Positions 40,685 through 51,481 of a stretch of 64,000 bases of DNA are shown piece by piece; positions within the stretch are counted from its first letter, which is position 1, and the number at the start of each line of letters is the position of its first letter. The notes under the pieces were generated by a model. That model saw nothing but the letters and a program-made list of their open reading frames with translations, had not been told where the DNA came from and did no database searches. This stretch comes from Longimicrobiales bacterium (GTDB taxonomy: Bacteria; Gemmatimonadota; Gemmatimonadetes; Longimicrobiales; Gaopeijiaceae): the NCBI GenBank assembly GCA_965219445.1, contig CBDCNQ010000005.1:1056001-1120000 (forward strand), written 5' to 3'. Position numbers and translations under genes: made by a program.

Positions 40685-41437
40685 CTACCCGTCCGTCGGT
40701 ACCGTCAGGAGCTGACCGGCGTAGATGCGGCTGCCTCGGATGTCGTTGGCCGCCCTTAGCTTCGGTACGGTCGTCCCGTGGCGGCGGGCGATGGTCCAGA
40801 GTGAATCACCGTCACGAACCATATAGCGTGTTACAGCCGCGACTCGGCTCCCGGAACCGGTGGAGGCAGACAGCTCACTCACGTAATTAAGGTAGGGCTC
40901 CCGGAAAACGGCCACATGATAGTGCGACGGCTGCCGCTCCCTCGTTGCTTCCAAGACACCGGTCGCCTCCAGATAGAGGAGTGTACTCTCCAACCAGTAC
41001 CTGCATACGGAGTTCAAACTCGTGCGGAAATCAACCGCCATGCCCGTGGGATGAACGGAGAGAGACGAGGCGTTGCGGGGCTGTTCACTCAAAGGACGGG
41101 TGAGGCTCGTGACGACCAACTGCTCTCCACAAGCCTCGCGGTGCTGTCTTCCCAGACGTTCGACGAAGAGCTTCACCTCGGACCGACCGTACGGGAAAGA
41201 CACGTCGTGAAGTACGAAGTCCCGACTACTCGTCAAACGGACCAAGTAGCCCGCATCCACAAACCGCTGAATTTGTGCGTCTGTCCGAAGGAAGGTGAAG
41301 TCATAGGCCTGGGCACGCGCATATGCTCGGTTGATGGAAGCCTCAGAGCCCCGAAGCGCCTGCCCTTCGACCGGGACTATGCCGGGCGCTAAGAGCACCG
41401 AAAGCCCAACCAGCAGGCTCATAGGTCGCACCATCAC
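40685..41437 (-). CDS. Secreted peptidase M15-like (DUF5715-like) protein with C-terminal LysM
   Basis: Signal peptide; SVHPTGMAVD and HYHV; LysM YMVRDGDSLWTIARRHG. Confidence 0.8.
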   Translation of the reverse strand: MMVRPMSLLVGLSVLLAPGIVPVEGQALRGSEASINRAYARAQAYDFTFLRTDAQIQRFVDAGYLVRLTSSRDFVLHDVSFPYGRSEVKLFVERLGRQHREACGEQLVVTSLTRPLSEQPRNASSLSVHPTGMAVDFRTSLNSVCRYWLESTLLYLEATGVLEATRERQPSHYHVAVFREPYLNYVSELSASTGSGSRVAAVTRYMVRDGDSLWTIARRHGTTVPKLRAANDIRGSRIYAGQLLTVPTDG

Positions 41438-41572
41438 TATCCTCTCGACGTTGGGGGTCCCATCGGATCAGAGCATGCGCTTCAAGGTCCTGAATCAGGA
41501 CACTCGCCTATGTCTAAACATACGAATCGTGAAACACAAGGATTTCGTCATGCACGTCACCCATCGATCAGC

Positions 41573-42193
41573 TCACCCCCCGGCATCGGAGTAGTTGGCC
41601 GCCACCACATCCCAATTGACTACGTTCCACCACGCCGAGATGTAGTCGGGCCTCCGGTTCTGATAGTTCAGGTAGTAAGCATGCTCCCACACATCCACGC
41701 CGAGGATGGGTGTCGACCTCTCGGAAATTGGGTTGTCCTGGTTCGCGGTCGAAGACACGGCGAGGGCTCCGGAGGGTCCGACCGTGAGCCAGCCCCAGCC
41801 CGAGCCGAACTGCTTCCCGGCCGTGGCGCCGAGGGAGATCTTGAGGTCATCGAACGATCCAAAGGCGCTGTCGATGGCCTCCGCCAACTCCCCGGATGGC
41901 TCGCTCGCACCGCCCGGAGCCATGATCGCCCAGAACAACCCATGGTTTACGTAGCCACCGCCGTTGTTCCGCACGGCAGTACGAATCGCCTCGGGAAGCT
42001 CCGCCAGACCCACGAGGAGTTGTTCTCCCGAATGACCATGTAAATCCGGATACCCTTCGAGAGCGGCGTTCAAATTGTTGGTATAGCCCTGGTGGTGCTT
42101 CCCATGGTGGATCTCCATCGTGCGCGCGTCGATGTGCGGCTCCAGCGCATCGTAGTCATATCCCAATGCAGGCAGTTCGAACGGATATCCCAT
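41573..42193 (-). CDS. sodA: Superoxide dismutase, Mn-type signature
   Basis: [27 protein letters not shown]. Confidence 0.95.
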   Translation of the reverse strand: MGYPFELPALGYDYDALEPHIDARTMEIHHGKHHQGYTNNLNAALEGYPDLHGHSGEQLLVGLAELPEAIRTAVRNNGGGYVNHGLFWAIMAPGGASEPSGELAEAIDSAFGSFDDLKISLGATAGKQFGSGWGWLTVGPSGALAVSSTANQDNPISERSTPILGVDVWEHAYYLNYQNRRPDYISAWWNVVNWDVVAANYSDAGG

Positions 42194-42368
42194 CGTTGTC
42201 TCTCCTATGATCGGCGGGTTCCTCGATACGCCGACCGGTCGCCGCGGTGGCGCCGTGGTCGGGCAGCGAACGGGATTGTACCGTACATCGATCGCCCTTC
42301 GCAAATAGGTCGCATGCGCCTTAAACTTGTCGGGATCGCTCGAACGTCACTCTTCCAACATGACACCC

Positions 42369-43580
42369 ATGGCACCGGACGAGTCTAGCGCATCCCGACG
42401 GATCCTCCTGGTCGATTGCGACGCGTTCTATGTTCAGGTGGCGCGGCTCGAGGATCCGGAGGGTGCCGGCAAGGCGGACTTACTTCTGGTCGGTGGCTCC
42501 CGAACGGGGCGTGGCGTCGTCACGTCCGCATCCTACGGTGCACGCCGGTTCGGCGTTCGGTCCGCGATGCCCACGGCACAGGCCCTCCGCTTGTGCCCAG
42601 ACGCGACCGTCGTCGGCGTCCCGCGTCGGGCGTGCAGCCTCAAGAGCCGAGAGATCAGATCTTGCCTCGAAAAACTGGCACCGGTCGTGCAGGCCGCATC
42701 GATCGACGAGTTTTACTTGGATCTCGCCGGTACCGAACGTCTCTTCGGCGAATCTTTGGAAGTGACGGCCCGTCATATTCGCGAAACCGTCCTCGAGGCA
42801 ACCCGTATCTCGGTGTCCATCGGAGGTGGAACGCGCCGAATGATCGCCAAGCTCGCCTCCGGTGTCGCCAAGCCCGGGGGCGTGCACATAGTCCCGGTGG
42901 GCCAGGAGGCGGAGTTCATGAAGGGACTGGACCTCGCCGACATCCCGGGAGTGGGCCCCGCCCTCGTCGAGGTGCTGCGAAAACGGGGGCTGGTTCGGAT
43001 CGAAGAGGCATTGGAGGTCCAGCAACCGTGGCTCGAGCGGTGGGTCGGAGGCCACCGAGGGCGCTGGCTCTACCGCCGCATGCGAGGACTGGATTCGTCG
43101 AGGGTCGATCCACGGGAACCCCGCAAGTCCATCAGCTCCGAGCGCACGTTCTTCCAGGACCTGAAGTCGGATGAAGACCTGGAGCGTATGCTCTTGCGCC
43201 TCTGCGGATCGGTCACCCACACGCTCCGCAAGGCAGGCCTTCGAGCCCGAACCATCACCGTTAAACTCAGGGATGGCGACTTCAAGACCCGTTCGCGATC
43301 ACGGACCGTGGTTGAGCCGCTTGAAACCAACGGGGCCACGTACCGGATAGCCCGGGAACTCTTGGCGGAACTGAGAACCCAGCGTAGGACTCCGGCGCGG
43401 CTCCTCGGAGTGGGTCTGACCAACCTGGGCTCGGACCACGATGCCGCCCAATTTGGACTGTTCGAGGAGAAGGATCGCTTGGAAGGCCAACGAGAACGGA
43501 CCCTCGACCACGTCGTCGACGGTCTACGCGAGCGCTTCGGAGACGGCGCGGTCCTGCCCGGCCGCATCATCGGGGACTGA
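42369..43580 (+). CDS. dinB: DNA polymerase IV
   Basis: VDCDAFYVQV, SYGARRFGVRSAMP, SIDEFYLD, AKLAS..AKP, KSISSERTF. Confidence 0.93.
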   Translation: MAPDESSASRRILLVDCDAFYVQVARLEDPEGAGKADLLLVGGSRTGRGVVTSASYGARRFGVRSAMPTAQALRLCPDATVVGVPRRACSLKSREIRSCLEKLAPVVQAASIDEFYLDLAGTERLFGESLEVTARHIRETVLEATRISVSIGGGTRRMIAKLASGVAKPGGVHIVPVGQEAEFMKGLDLADIPGVGPALVEVLRKRGLVRIEEALEVQQPWLERWVGGHRGRWLYRRMRGLDSSRVDPREPRKSISSERTFFQDLKSDEDLERMLLRLCGSVTHTLRKAGLRARTITVKLRDGDFKTRSRSRTVVEPLETNGATYRIARELLAELRTQRRTPARLLGVGLTNLGSDHDAAQFGLFEEKDRLEGQRERTLDHVVDGLRERFGDGAVLPGRIIGD

Positions 43581-44273
43581 CAGGAGGGCCAAGTACCGTC
43601 CGCCGGAGCCCCTCCAGATTACCTCCATGTCCCACCCGGCAAGCCGGGCCCTACTATCCAGCGTGTCCGGATCGACGAACAACTGCGGAAAGATTTCTCC
43701 CACGTGTTCTCCGACCGAAAGCTGGTAGTGTAGCTCACCGATATAACGGCCGTCTCCGCCGGCACCCTCCGAGCACGGGTCATCGCGCAAATCGGTGGAG
43801 TCGAGGATGAGCGCCCCCCCCGGCCCGAGCACTGTGGCCGCAGCCCCGAGCAGGCGATCGAGACCCGAGAGGGTTTCCGCGATCATCGAGCCGTTCATGA
43901 GGAGGGTCACCGTGTCGTATGCGCTCGACGACGGCACGTCGAAGAGGGACCCTTCCCTGGCGTCCTCCAAACCGCGCGCTCGCATGATCCGGACGGCCTC
44001 CGGGATCTGGTCCAGAGCGGTGACCGCGTGGCCCCGCGCCTGAAGCACCAGTGCATGGGCACCCACGCCCGCTCCGACGTCGAGGACTCGTGAGCCGCAC
44101 TGGCGGAGCGCGATCGACTCCCACTCCTCGAACGCCTCTTCAGTGCGAAAGAAAAACGACGCGTGGATTTCTTCCGTCTGCCCGAAGTCATTTCGGACCG
44201 TCACCGCGACGTCCTCTCCGCGATCATGGAACGCCGCCAAAGCCGACCCGAGAGGAGACCATGGCGTGCTCAA
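43524..44273 (-). CDS. Class I SAM-dependent methyltransferase
   Basis: VLDVGAGVGAH motif; 3' end overlaps the dinB 3' end by 57 nt. Confidence 0.8.
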   Translation of the reverse strand: MSTPWSPLGSALAAFHDRGEDVAVTVRNDFGQTEEIHASFFFRTEEAFEEWESIALRQCGSRVLDVGAGVGAHALVLQARGHAVTALDQIPEAVRIMRARGLEDAREGSLFDVPSSSAYDTVTLLMNGSMIAETLSGLDRLLGAAATVLGPGGALILDSTDLRDDPCSEGAGGDGRYIGELHYQLSVGEHVGEIFPQLFVDPDTLDSRARLAGWDMEVIWRGSGGRYLALLSVPDDAAGQDRAVSEALA

Positions 44274-44288
44274 AAGGATTCTACCGCC

Positions 44289-45989
44289 CTAGACCTTGCC
44301 AGTCGTCTTCCAGGGCTTCCTCTCGAAGTAGTCGTCCGTGAGCTCTTTGATCGTTCCCGAAAGCAGAACCAGGGCGATCAGGTTGGGAAGGATCACGATC
44401 CCGAGCGCGATGTCTCCCAATTCCCATACGAGATTCAGCGCGACCATCGCCCCCATGAAGTGCATGAGCAGGTACACGACCTTGTAGGGTAGAACGGCTC
44501 TCTCACCGAATAGGTAGATCGCGCAGCGGTCCCCGTAATAACTCCAGGATATGGCGGTCGAGATGCCGAACAGGAAGACCGAGAAGATCACGACGTAATG
44601 ACCCCAGTCGCCGAGAGGCGAGAGTCCCCTTCGGAAGGCATACATCGTGAGCGGTGCCCCGCTTTCCACCGCCATTCCCCAGAGCGAGGTATAAACGTTT
44701 CCCGCGCCGTCGACGGCTTCGCCTCGGCCGGGAAACACCGAACCGGTGAACACCTGAGTCATGCCCTCGTCCGTGTAGAGCTGTTCCACTGCGACCTCAT
44801 GCCACGCGATGAAAGCGGCACTCCCTGCAGCCTGCGTTCCGTTTTGAACCTGGACTTCAGCCGGTGGCGCGACGTCTTCATATCCCGCTTCGGCGTCGCC
44901 CGACACCCAGCTGAGATCCCCACCAGCGAGCGTGATTTCGGTGGGGACACGCTCATCGTACACGCCCATCATGACGATCACGAGCGCCGTCATGGTGACG
45001 ATCACGAGGGTATCGATGAAGGGCCCGAGCAGGGCGACGACCGCCTCGGAGACGGGCTCCTCTGTCTTCGCGGCCGCATGGGCGATGGGCGCGGAGCCCT
45101 GACCCGCCTCATTGGAGAAGAGTCCTCGATTGACCCCCCAAATCATGGTTACCATGATGGCGCCCACCCCGGTTCCGGCCACACCAGCCGTGGGATTGAA
45201 CGCCTCGCTGAAGATGGTCACGAACGCGGGGATCACGTCGCCGACGTTCATGAGAACGATGAGTAGGGCGGACAGTACATAGACCCCGGCCATCAACGGG
45301 GCCAGGATACTCGTAATGCGCCCAATGCGCGTGATGCCTCCCACAATCACTGAGGCCACGATGGAAACCAAGACCACACCGGTGATGAAGGGGGCAACGC
45401 CGAACGCGGTCTCGGCGGTGTCGGCCACAGTGTTCGCCTGAATGGCGTTCCCCGTGAAGAAGGCCGTGAATCCGAGCATCGCTGCGAAGAATACGGCCAT
45501 CCATTTCCAGTTCGACCCGAGTCCGTGCTCGATATAGTACATGGGTCCACCCGAGACGGTGCCCACTACCTTCTCGGCGCCTGCATGGACCGAGCGGTAA
45601 TGCATGGAAAGGGCGACTTCGGCATACTTGGTGGCCATTCCCAGGACCGCGGTCAGCCACATCCAGACCAAGGCGCCGGGGCCTCCCCAATGTACGGCCA
45701 GCGCGACGCCGGCAATGTTGCCGATACCGACCGTGGCGGAAAGCGCCGTCGTGAGCGCTTGAAAGTGCGAGACATCCCCCGTGCTTGCAGGATCATCGTA
45801 ACGGCCCGTGGCAACCGCGACACCATGGCCGAAATGCCGCAGCTGGATAAAGCCGAGGCGGAGCGTAAGGAAGGTGCCCGCCCCGATGAGGACGATAACC
45901 ACGAGGGGAATGGTCGAATCCCCTACAGGAATTCCCCACTCCCATACGGAAATCCGGACGGCAGTGACGACGTTCTCGAGAGTTTCCAT
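44289..45989 (-). CDS. Alanine/glycine:cation symporter (AgcS family)
   Basis: ATVGIGNIAGVA, GGPGALVWMW, GGPMYY, RGLFSNEAGQGS. Confidence 0.93.
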   Translation of the reverse strand: METLENVVTAVRISVWEWGIPVGDSTIPLVVIVLIGAGTFLTLRLGFIQLRHFGHGVAVATGRYDDPASTGDVSHFQALTTALSATVGIGNIAGVALAVHWGGPGALVWMWLTAVLGMATKYAEVALSMHYRSVHAGAEKVVGTVSGGPMYYIEHGLGSNWKWMAVFFAAMLGFTAFFTGNAIQANTVADTAETAFGVAPFITGVVLVSIVASVIVGGITRIGRITSILAPLMAGVYVLSALLIVLMNVGDVIPAFVTIFSEAFNPTAGVAGTGVGAIMVTMIWGVNRGLFSNEAGQGSAPIAHAAAKTEEPVSEAVVALLGPFIDTLVIVTMTALVIVMMGVYDERVPTEITLAGGDLSWVSGDAEAGYEDVAPPAEVQVQNGTQAAGSAAFIAWHEVAVEQLYTDEGMTQVFTGSVFPGRGEAVDGAGNVYTSLWGMAVESGAPLTMYAFRRGLSPLGDWGHYVVIFSVFLFGISTAISWSYYGDRCAIYLFGERAVLPYKVVYLLMHFMGAMVALNLVWELGDIALGIVILPNLIALVLLSGTIKELTDDYFERKPWKTTGKV

Positions 45990-46000
45990 TACGCATCCCT

Positions 46001-46047
46001 AGAAGGCTGTTGAGGAAGTACACTGGGCCGCGTTGCGGATGCCACGG
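46001..46047 (+). repeat. Solo left end of the MITE family
   Basis: 43/47 identical to 27371-27417. Confidence 0.85.
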
Positions 46048-46122
46048 GCCGTCTGCAAGACGAAGGGGAGGAAGATTGTGTCGTGGGGTCACGCGGGCAA
46101 GGCGATCCGACGAGACCTCGGG

Positions 46123-46476
46123 TTACTCGGGATCCGACAACATTCTCCCAAGAGGGCGGCCGCCGAGCAGGTGCAGATGGACGTGATACACTTCCTGGCC
46201 GGCATGGGCCCGGCAGTTCAGGATGAGCCTGTATCCCTCCTCGTCGATCCCCTCTTCCTCAGCGATCTTGGCGGCTACCCGGATCATACGGCCCAGCGCC
46301 GCCTCGTCCTCTTCGGTCACGTCGGCGACGGTGGGAACCGGTTTGTTGGGGACGACGAGAATGTGGGTGGGAGCTTGGGCTTGGACATCCCGAAACGCCG
46401 TTACGAGCTCGTCCTGATAGACGAGGTCGGCGGGGATTTCCCTTCGGACGATCTGTGCGAAAACCGTGTCCGTCAT
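46123..46476 (-). CDS. HIT-family nucleotide-binding protein
   Basis: [14 protein letters not shown] histidine triad. Confidence 0.93.
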   Translation of the reverse strand: MTDTVFAQIVRREIPADLVYQDELVTAFRDVQAQAPTHILVVPNKPVPTVADVTEEDEAALGRMIRVAAKIAEEEGIDEEGYRLILNCRAHAGQEVYHVHLHLLGGRPLGRMLSDPE

Positions 46477-46531
46477 TCTGAACACCGTCCCGTGTTGGGG
46501 CGGCGCGGCGTGGCCATGGAGTGGCTGTCGC

Positions 46532-47734
46532 CTACCCCACCGCGTTGATCATGTCGAAGATGGGCAAGTATATGGCAACGATCATACCACCCACTACGAC
46601 ACCAAGCACGACGATCATGATCGGCTCCATAGCCGCCAGGAGCACCTCCACTGCCGCATCGACCTCATCGTCATAGAAGTCAGCGATCTTCGTCAGCATG
46701 TTATCCAAGCCGCCCGTCTGCTCACCCACATTGATCATCTGCACCACCATCGGCGGGAACACGCCCGACTCCTTGAGAGGCCCCGCAATCGTCTCACCAC
46801 CGGCGATGGAGGTGCGCGAGCTCATGACGGCGTCGTGGATCACTCGGTTGCCCGCCGTCTTGGCCGTGATCTCGAGTCCTTCCAGAATCGAGACGCCCGA
46901 AGACACCAGGGTCCCCAGCGTGCGCGTAAACCGCGCGACCGCGGCTTTGCGCTGAAGGTCTCCCAGGATCGGCATTGCCAGCAAGAGCCTGTCGATAGCA
47001 AGGTTCCCCCCGGGCGTAGCGTAGATGGCCCGAATCGCGAAAACGGTGATCACGATGCCAACTGCGAGCGCCCACCAGAAGGACTGCAGGAAGGCCGACA
47101 TGGCGATCACGATCCGCGTCGGAAGCGGAAGCGGGATACCCGCCGATTCAAACATTGTCTGGAAGGTCGGAATCACGAAGATCAAGAGAATGACGATGGC
47201 GATCCCCGCCACGGAGAAGATCACGGACGGATAGACCATGGCACCCTTGATCTTCCGTATGAGCGCGTCGTTCTTTTCCAGGAATGTCGCCAGACGCAGC
47301 AGAATGGTATCGAGGATACCACCGGCCTCACCCGCCGCCACCATGTTGACGAAGAGTTCACTGAAGACCTTCGGGTGCTTCCCCATCGCGGCGGCGAGCG
47401 TGTGGCCGGACTCGACGTCGTACAGCACCTCCCGTTGGACCTTGGAGAAGGCGGCGTTCTCTGTCTGTTCGGCCAGAATGTCCAAGCTCTGCACGAGAGG
47501 AAGACCCGAGTTGATCATCGTCGCGAACTGTCGTGTGAAGATCACGATGTCGCGAGTTGTGACCCCCGAACCGAACTGAAGAGAGAACTGTTTCGGCTGC
47601 TCCCGTACGGCAACCGGGATCAGTCTCTGCTTATGAAGAAAGGCAATGACGTCTTCCTTCTTTGGAAGCTCGATCTTCCCCTCTTTGATGTCACCACCCG
47701 CCGCCGGGCGGGCACTCCAGTCGAAGGTCGGCAT
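46532..47734 (-). CDS. pilC: Type IV pilus platform protein PilC
   Basis: [38 protein letters not shown]. Confidence 0.95.
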   Translation of the reverse strand: MPTFDWSARPAAGGDIKEGKIELPKKEDVIAFLHKQRLIPVAVREQPKQFSLQFGSGVTTRDIVIFTRQFATMINSGLPLVQSLDILAEQTENAAFSKVQREVLYDVESGHTLAAAMGKHPKVFSELFVNMVAAGEAGGILDTILLRLATFLEKNDALIRKIKGAMVYPSVIFSVAGIAIVILLIFVIPTFQTMFESAGIPLPLPTRIVIAMSAFLQSFWWALAVGIVITVFAIRAIYATPGGNLAIDRLLLAMPILGDLQRKAAVARFTRTLGTLVSSGVSILEGLEITAKTAGNRVIHDAVMSSRTSIAGGETIAGPLKESGVFPPMVVQMINVGEQTGGLDNMLTKIADFYDDEVDAAVEVLLAAMEPIMIVVLGVVVGGMIVAIYLPIFDMINAVG

Positions 47735-47740
47735 ATTCGT

Positions 47741-48928
47741 TTACTTACCTGTTCTTTGAGTTGGGGATGCTGATTCCACTGCGGGTTCACCCACAGCGCG
47801 CAGAAATTCATTTGGGTTAGAGGAGCGTTTGAGGGCCTCCTCCTTGGTGATCAGGCCCTGCATATAGAGCTGATGGAAGGCATCGTTCATCGTCTGCATG
47901 CCATGCTTCTTCCCAGCCTGCATCAGCGAATAGATCTGATGGATTTTCTCGTCACGGATGACGGCACGGATCGCGGGAGTGCAGATCATGACCTCGGCCG
48001 CGCAGACTCGGCCGCGTCCTTTCGTCTTCGGGAGCAGCATCTGTGTCACCACTCCTTCGAGAACGAAGGCGAGCTGCGCGCGCACCTGTGACTGCTGGTG
48101 GGACGGGAAGGCGTCGATCATCCGGTTGATGGACTCGGCGGCCGAGTTGGTATGAAGCGTCGCGAGCACGAGGTGACCCGTCTCGGCGATCGTAAGGGCG
48201 GCGCCGATCGTTTCCAGATCTCGCATCTCCCCGATCAAGATAATGTCCGGGTCCTGCCGAAGCGTGTATTTGAGCGCGGCCGTGAAGCTGTGTGTATCCG
48301 CACCTACTTCACGCTGGTTCACCATGCACCGTTGGTGCCTGTGGATGAACTCGATGGGGTCCTCGATAGTGATGATGTGCCCGCGACGTTCCTTGTTGAT
48401 CAAGTCCACCAAAGCGGCCAGCGTGGTCGACTTCCCAGCCCCGGTGGGGCCTGTGACGAGGACGAGCCCGCGCGGGCGTTCCGCCAATGCCGTGAGGATC
48501 GGAGGCAGGCCGAGTTGTTCGATCGAGGTGATCTCGTACGGGATCTGCCGGATCGCCAGGGCAACACAGCCCCTCTGCTTGAACACGTTCCCACGGAATC
48601 GGGAGAGGTTCTGGACACCGAATGAGAAGTCCAGCTCGGCCTCGGTCTCGAAGCGCTTCTTTTGGTTTTCCGTAAGGATGGAGTAGGCGATCTGGAGCGT
48701 ATCCTTCGGCTTCAAGACGTAATCGATCTGGGAATCGCAGAGTTCTCCATCGATCCGGATCTTCGCCCTCACGCCCGCCGTGACATGGAGGTCAGAGGCA
48801 CCCTTCTGGATCATCTCCTGGAGGAGGACCCGGAGATTGACCTCCTGGGCCGAAGCCCCGTGCTGCGGTGGTGCGGCCTCCGCCGTGGGGGTCTCCGCGG
48901 GGGTCGCCGTGGGGGTCGGTTGGTTCAT
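47741..48928 (-). CDS. pilT: Pilus retraction ATPase PilT
   Basis: GASDLH, GPTGAGKST, EDPIEF, AETGHLV..TLHT, AIRAVIR, GMQTM. Confidence 0.95.
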   Translation of the reverse strand: MNQPTPTATPAETPTAEAAPPQHGASAQEVNLRVLLQEMIQKGASDLHVTAGVRAKIRIDGELCDSQIDYVLKPKDTLQIAYSILTENQKKRFETEAELDFSFGVQNLSRFRGNVFKQRGCVALAIRQIPYEITSIEQLGLPPILTALAERPRGLVLVTGPTGAGKSTTLAALVDLINKERRGHIITIEDPIEFIHRHQRCMVNQREVGADTHSFTAALKYTLRQDPDIILIGEMRDLETIGAALTIAETGHLVLATLHTNSAAESINRMIDAFPSHQQSQVRAQLAFVLEGVVTQMLLPKTKGRGRVCAAEVMICTPAIRAVIRDEKIHQIYSLMQAGKKHGMQTMNDAFHQLYMQGLITKEEALKRSSNPNEFLRAVGEPAVESASPTQRTGK

Positions 48929-48960
48929 TCGGTTCGCTTTACGAGTAAATTTTCCATGGA

Positions 48961-50676
48961 TCAGTCAGCGGCGGAGGTCTCTTTAACGACCTCTTCCAAC
49001 GTCGTGGCACCTTTTTCAACCTTCTTGAGGCCGTCCATACGAAGGGTGAGCATGCCATTGTCCAACGCCACTTGTCGAAGTTCGTCCGTGCTGGCCTCCA
49101 TCATGATGGCCTTCCGGATCTCCGAGTTGACGGCCAGGACTTCGTACAGGCCCTGTCGACCCTTATATCCGGAGCCACCACAGTTGTCGCAGCCCTGTCC
49201 TTTATAAAAGGTTTGGGTGCCGGCCCAGTCGAGCGAGATCTTTGCGGAATTCAGGAATTCTTCATCGTATGTGGTCTCCACCCTGCAGTCCGAGCAGATC
49301 CGTCGCAGAAGCCTCTGGGCCGTGATGAGATTGAGGGCCGCGGCTAGATTGAACGGCTCCAACCCCATGTCGATCATTCTGGTGATCGTCGATGGCGTAT
49401 CGTTCGTGTGCAGTGTGGAGAGCACTAGGTGACCGGTGAGCGCGGCCTTGATGGCGATGCCGCCTGTCTCGATGTCCCGGATCTCACCGACCATGATGAT
49501 GTTCGGGTCCTGCCTCAGGAACGCCTTGAGCGCAGTAGCAAAGCCCATCCCGATCTCGTTGCGGACGAGAACCTGGTTGATCCCGTAGAGGTTATACTCA
49601 ACCGGATCCTCGGCGGTCATTATGTTGACGCCCTCATCGTTGATCTGGGAGAGCGCGGAATAAAGCGTCGTGGTCTTACCGGAACCGGTCGGGCCGGTCA
49701 CCAGGACCATGCCGTAGGGGTTCGCGATCGCGTCCATGAACTCCTTTTCGGCCTGGGGCTCGAACCCGAACGAGCCGAGATCGAACGTGAGGTTCCCCGC
49801 ATCCAGGATACGCAGCACGATCTTCTCGCCGAAAATCACCGGAAGCGTCGAGACACGGAAGTCGACCACCTTCCTTTTCATCCGGAGCTTGATACGCCCG
49901 TCCTGAGGGACCCTGCGCTCCGCGATGTTCAGGTCCGACAGAATCTTGATCCGCGACACGAGGGCAGCCTTCATCTTCATCGGCGGCTTCATGACCTCGT
50001 ACAGCGCTCCGTCTAGCCGGTAGCGCACTCGGACTTCCTTCTCATAGGGCTCGATGTGTATGTCGGAAACGCCCTTGCGGACGGCGTCGGTGAGCAGGCC
50101 GTTGATGAACTTGACGACCGGCGCATCCTCGACCTGGACCTGAAGAGCAGCGAGATTCTCCTCCTCTTCCTCCTCTTCGACAAACTCGAGATCCTCTTCC
50201 AGAAAGTCGCCGAGAAGATCGTCGACCTGGTCCTCCGAGACGCCGTAGTACTTCTCCAGATGCTTGCGTAAGGTGTACTCTCCGACGATTACCGGTTCGA
50301 TATCGTATCGGGTCTTGAACCGGAGGACATCGATGGCTTCCATCTCGGACGGGTTGGCCATCGCCACCGTCAACGTCCGGCCCACCCTGCGCAGCGGAAG
50401 CACGAGGTGCTTGTATGCCATCTCCCCATCGATGAGCTTGAAGATCTTGGCATCGACGTCGACCTTCTCAAGGTCGACCGCCGGAAGGCGGTACTGCTTG
50501 GAAAGCATCCGAGTCAATTCGTTTTCGCCCACGAACCCGAGCTTGACCAGAGAGAACCCTACACGCGTGCCGCTTTCCTTGGCGTCTGCCAACGCGTCTT
50601 GGAGTTGTTTGGCATCGATGAGGCCTTCCCGAACGAAAAGGTCACCGAGGCGAAGTTCTGCGACGTTTGTTGCCAT
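48961..50676 (-). CDS. pilB: Pilus assembly ATPase PilB
   Basis: N-terminal RLGDL, SDIHIEP, PQDGR, GPTGSGKTT, tetracysteine motif. Confidence 0.95.
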   Translation of the reverse strand: MATNVAELRLGDLFVREGLIDAKQLQDALADAKESGTRVGFSLVKLGFVGENELTRMLSKQYRLPAVDLEKVDVDAKIFKLIDGEMAYKHLVLPLRRVGRTLTVAMANPSEMEAIDVLRFKTRYDIEPVIVGEYTLRKHLEKYYGVSEDQVDDLLGDFLEEDLEFVEEEEEEENLAALQVQVEDAPVVKFINGLLTDAVRKGVSDIHIEPYEKEVRVRYRLDGALYEVMKPPMKMKAALVSRIKILSDLNIAERRVPQDGRIKLRMKRKVVDFRVSTLPVIFGEKIVLRILDAGNLTFDLGSFGFEPQAEKEFMDAIANPYGMVLVTGPTGSGKTTTLYSALSQINDEGVNIMTAEDPVEYNLYGINQVLVRNEIGMGFATALKAFLRQDPNIIMVGEIRDIETGGIAIKAALTGHLVLSTLHTNDTPSTITRMIDMGLEPFNLAAALNLITAQRLLRRICSDCRVETTYDEEFLNSAKISLDWAGTQTFYKGQGCDNCGGSGYKGRQGLYEVLAVNSEIRKAIMMEASTDELRQVALDNGMLTLRMDGLKKVEKGATTLEEVVKETSAAD

Positions 50677-50775
50677 CGCTTGGAGCCCCTCCGCGGGGCA
50701 AGAACTGCGTGGAAACGTTTGTGTCCCAAACCCAAAGTTAGACGCGGGAGCCCCCGAGGTGCAAGAATAAAAAAC

Positions 50776-51444
50776 TCAACGTCCGACAATTACGAGGGAC
50801 CTAATTCGTTCTATCGTAGCGGGGCCGATTCCACGGACAGACTCAAGCTCCTGCAACCCTCGGAATCTCCCTAGGTCTTGTCGTAACGTCAGGATGCGCT
50901 CAGCCATCACTGGGCCGATCCCCGGTAGCCTCTGCAACTCTTCACCGCTCGCTCGATTGAGGTCGAGGCGGGCCGGTTTGCGAGCCTCGGGATCTGGATC
51001 CGGGCGAGAGGGGCGGGCCGCGCGCTCGATCCGGGGCCGAGTCGACCACTCGAGGTAGGGTGTAATTCTGGCAAGAGTGGCCGGTCCCACGCCCCTCACG
51101 GAAAGAAGATCGCGCGGCTCGGCGAACGGCCCACGGTCCTGCCGCATCTGAACGATTCTCCCAGCCACTTCGGCACCCACGCCGGGCAGGCGATCCAGAT
51201 CCTCCTCTCCGGCGGTATTGGGGTCGATCCGCTCGTCCTCCGTCAGCGGAAGCGCTCGCCTCCGGGCGTCGTCTCGGCTTCTCCGGCTCTCATCAAGCAA
51301 TACAGCCAAGCCCGACGAATCCTGGACCACGGCTCCTCGGGTCGTCACCGGGCTCTGGACACTTTCTACCGTGCTTCGAAGGAGACCCAGGCCTAGCACC
51401 AACAGAGCGGCGCGCCTGAGGGCACGGGTCTCAGAGGAAGTCAT
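50776..51444 (-). CDS. comEA: ComEA-family DNA-binding protein (two HhH domains)
   Basis: N-terminal TM; IDPNTA..LPGVG and LDLNRA..LPGIG..VRGIG repeats. Confidence 0.88.
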   Translation of the reverse strand: MTSSETRALRRAALLVLGLGLLRSTVESVQSPVTTRGAVVQDSSGLAVLLDESRRSRDDARRRALPLTEDERIDPNTAGEEDLDRLPGVGAEVAGRIVQMRQDRGPFAEPRDLLSVRGVGPATLARITPYLEWSTRPRIERAARPSRPDPDPEARKPARLDLNRASGEELQRLPGIGPVMAERILTLRQDLGRFRGLQELESVRGIGPATIERIRSLVIVGR

Positions 51445-51481
51445 TCGCCACGGTGCCCTCAACAGCCGGGCGTCGCCATGG

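Noticed and set aside
42194..42368. LexA box upstream of dinB
   Set aside because: No convincing GAAC-N4-GTTC, GTTC-N7-GTTC or CTGT-N8-ACAG match.
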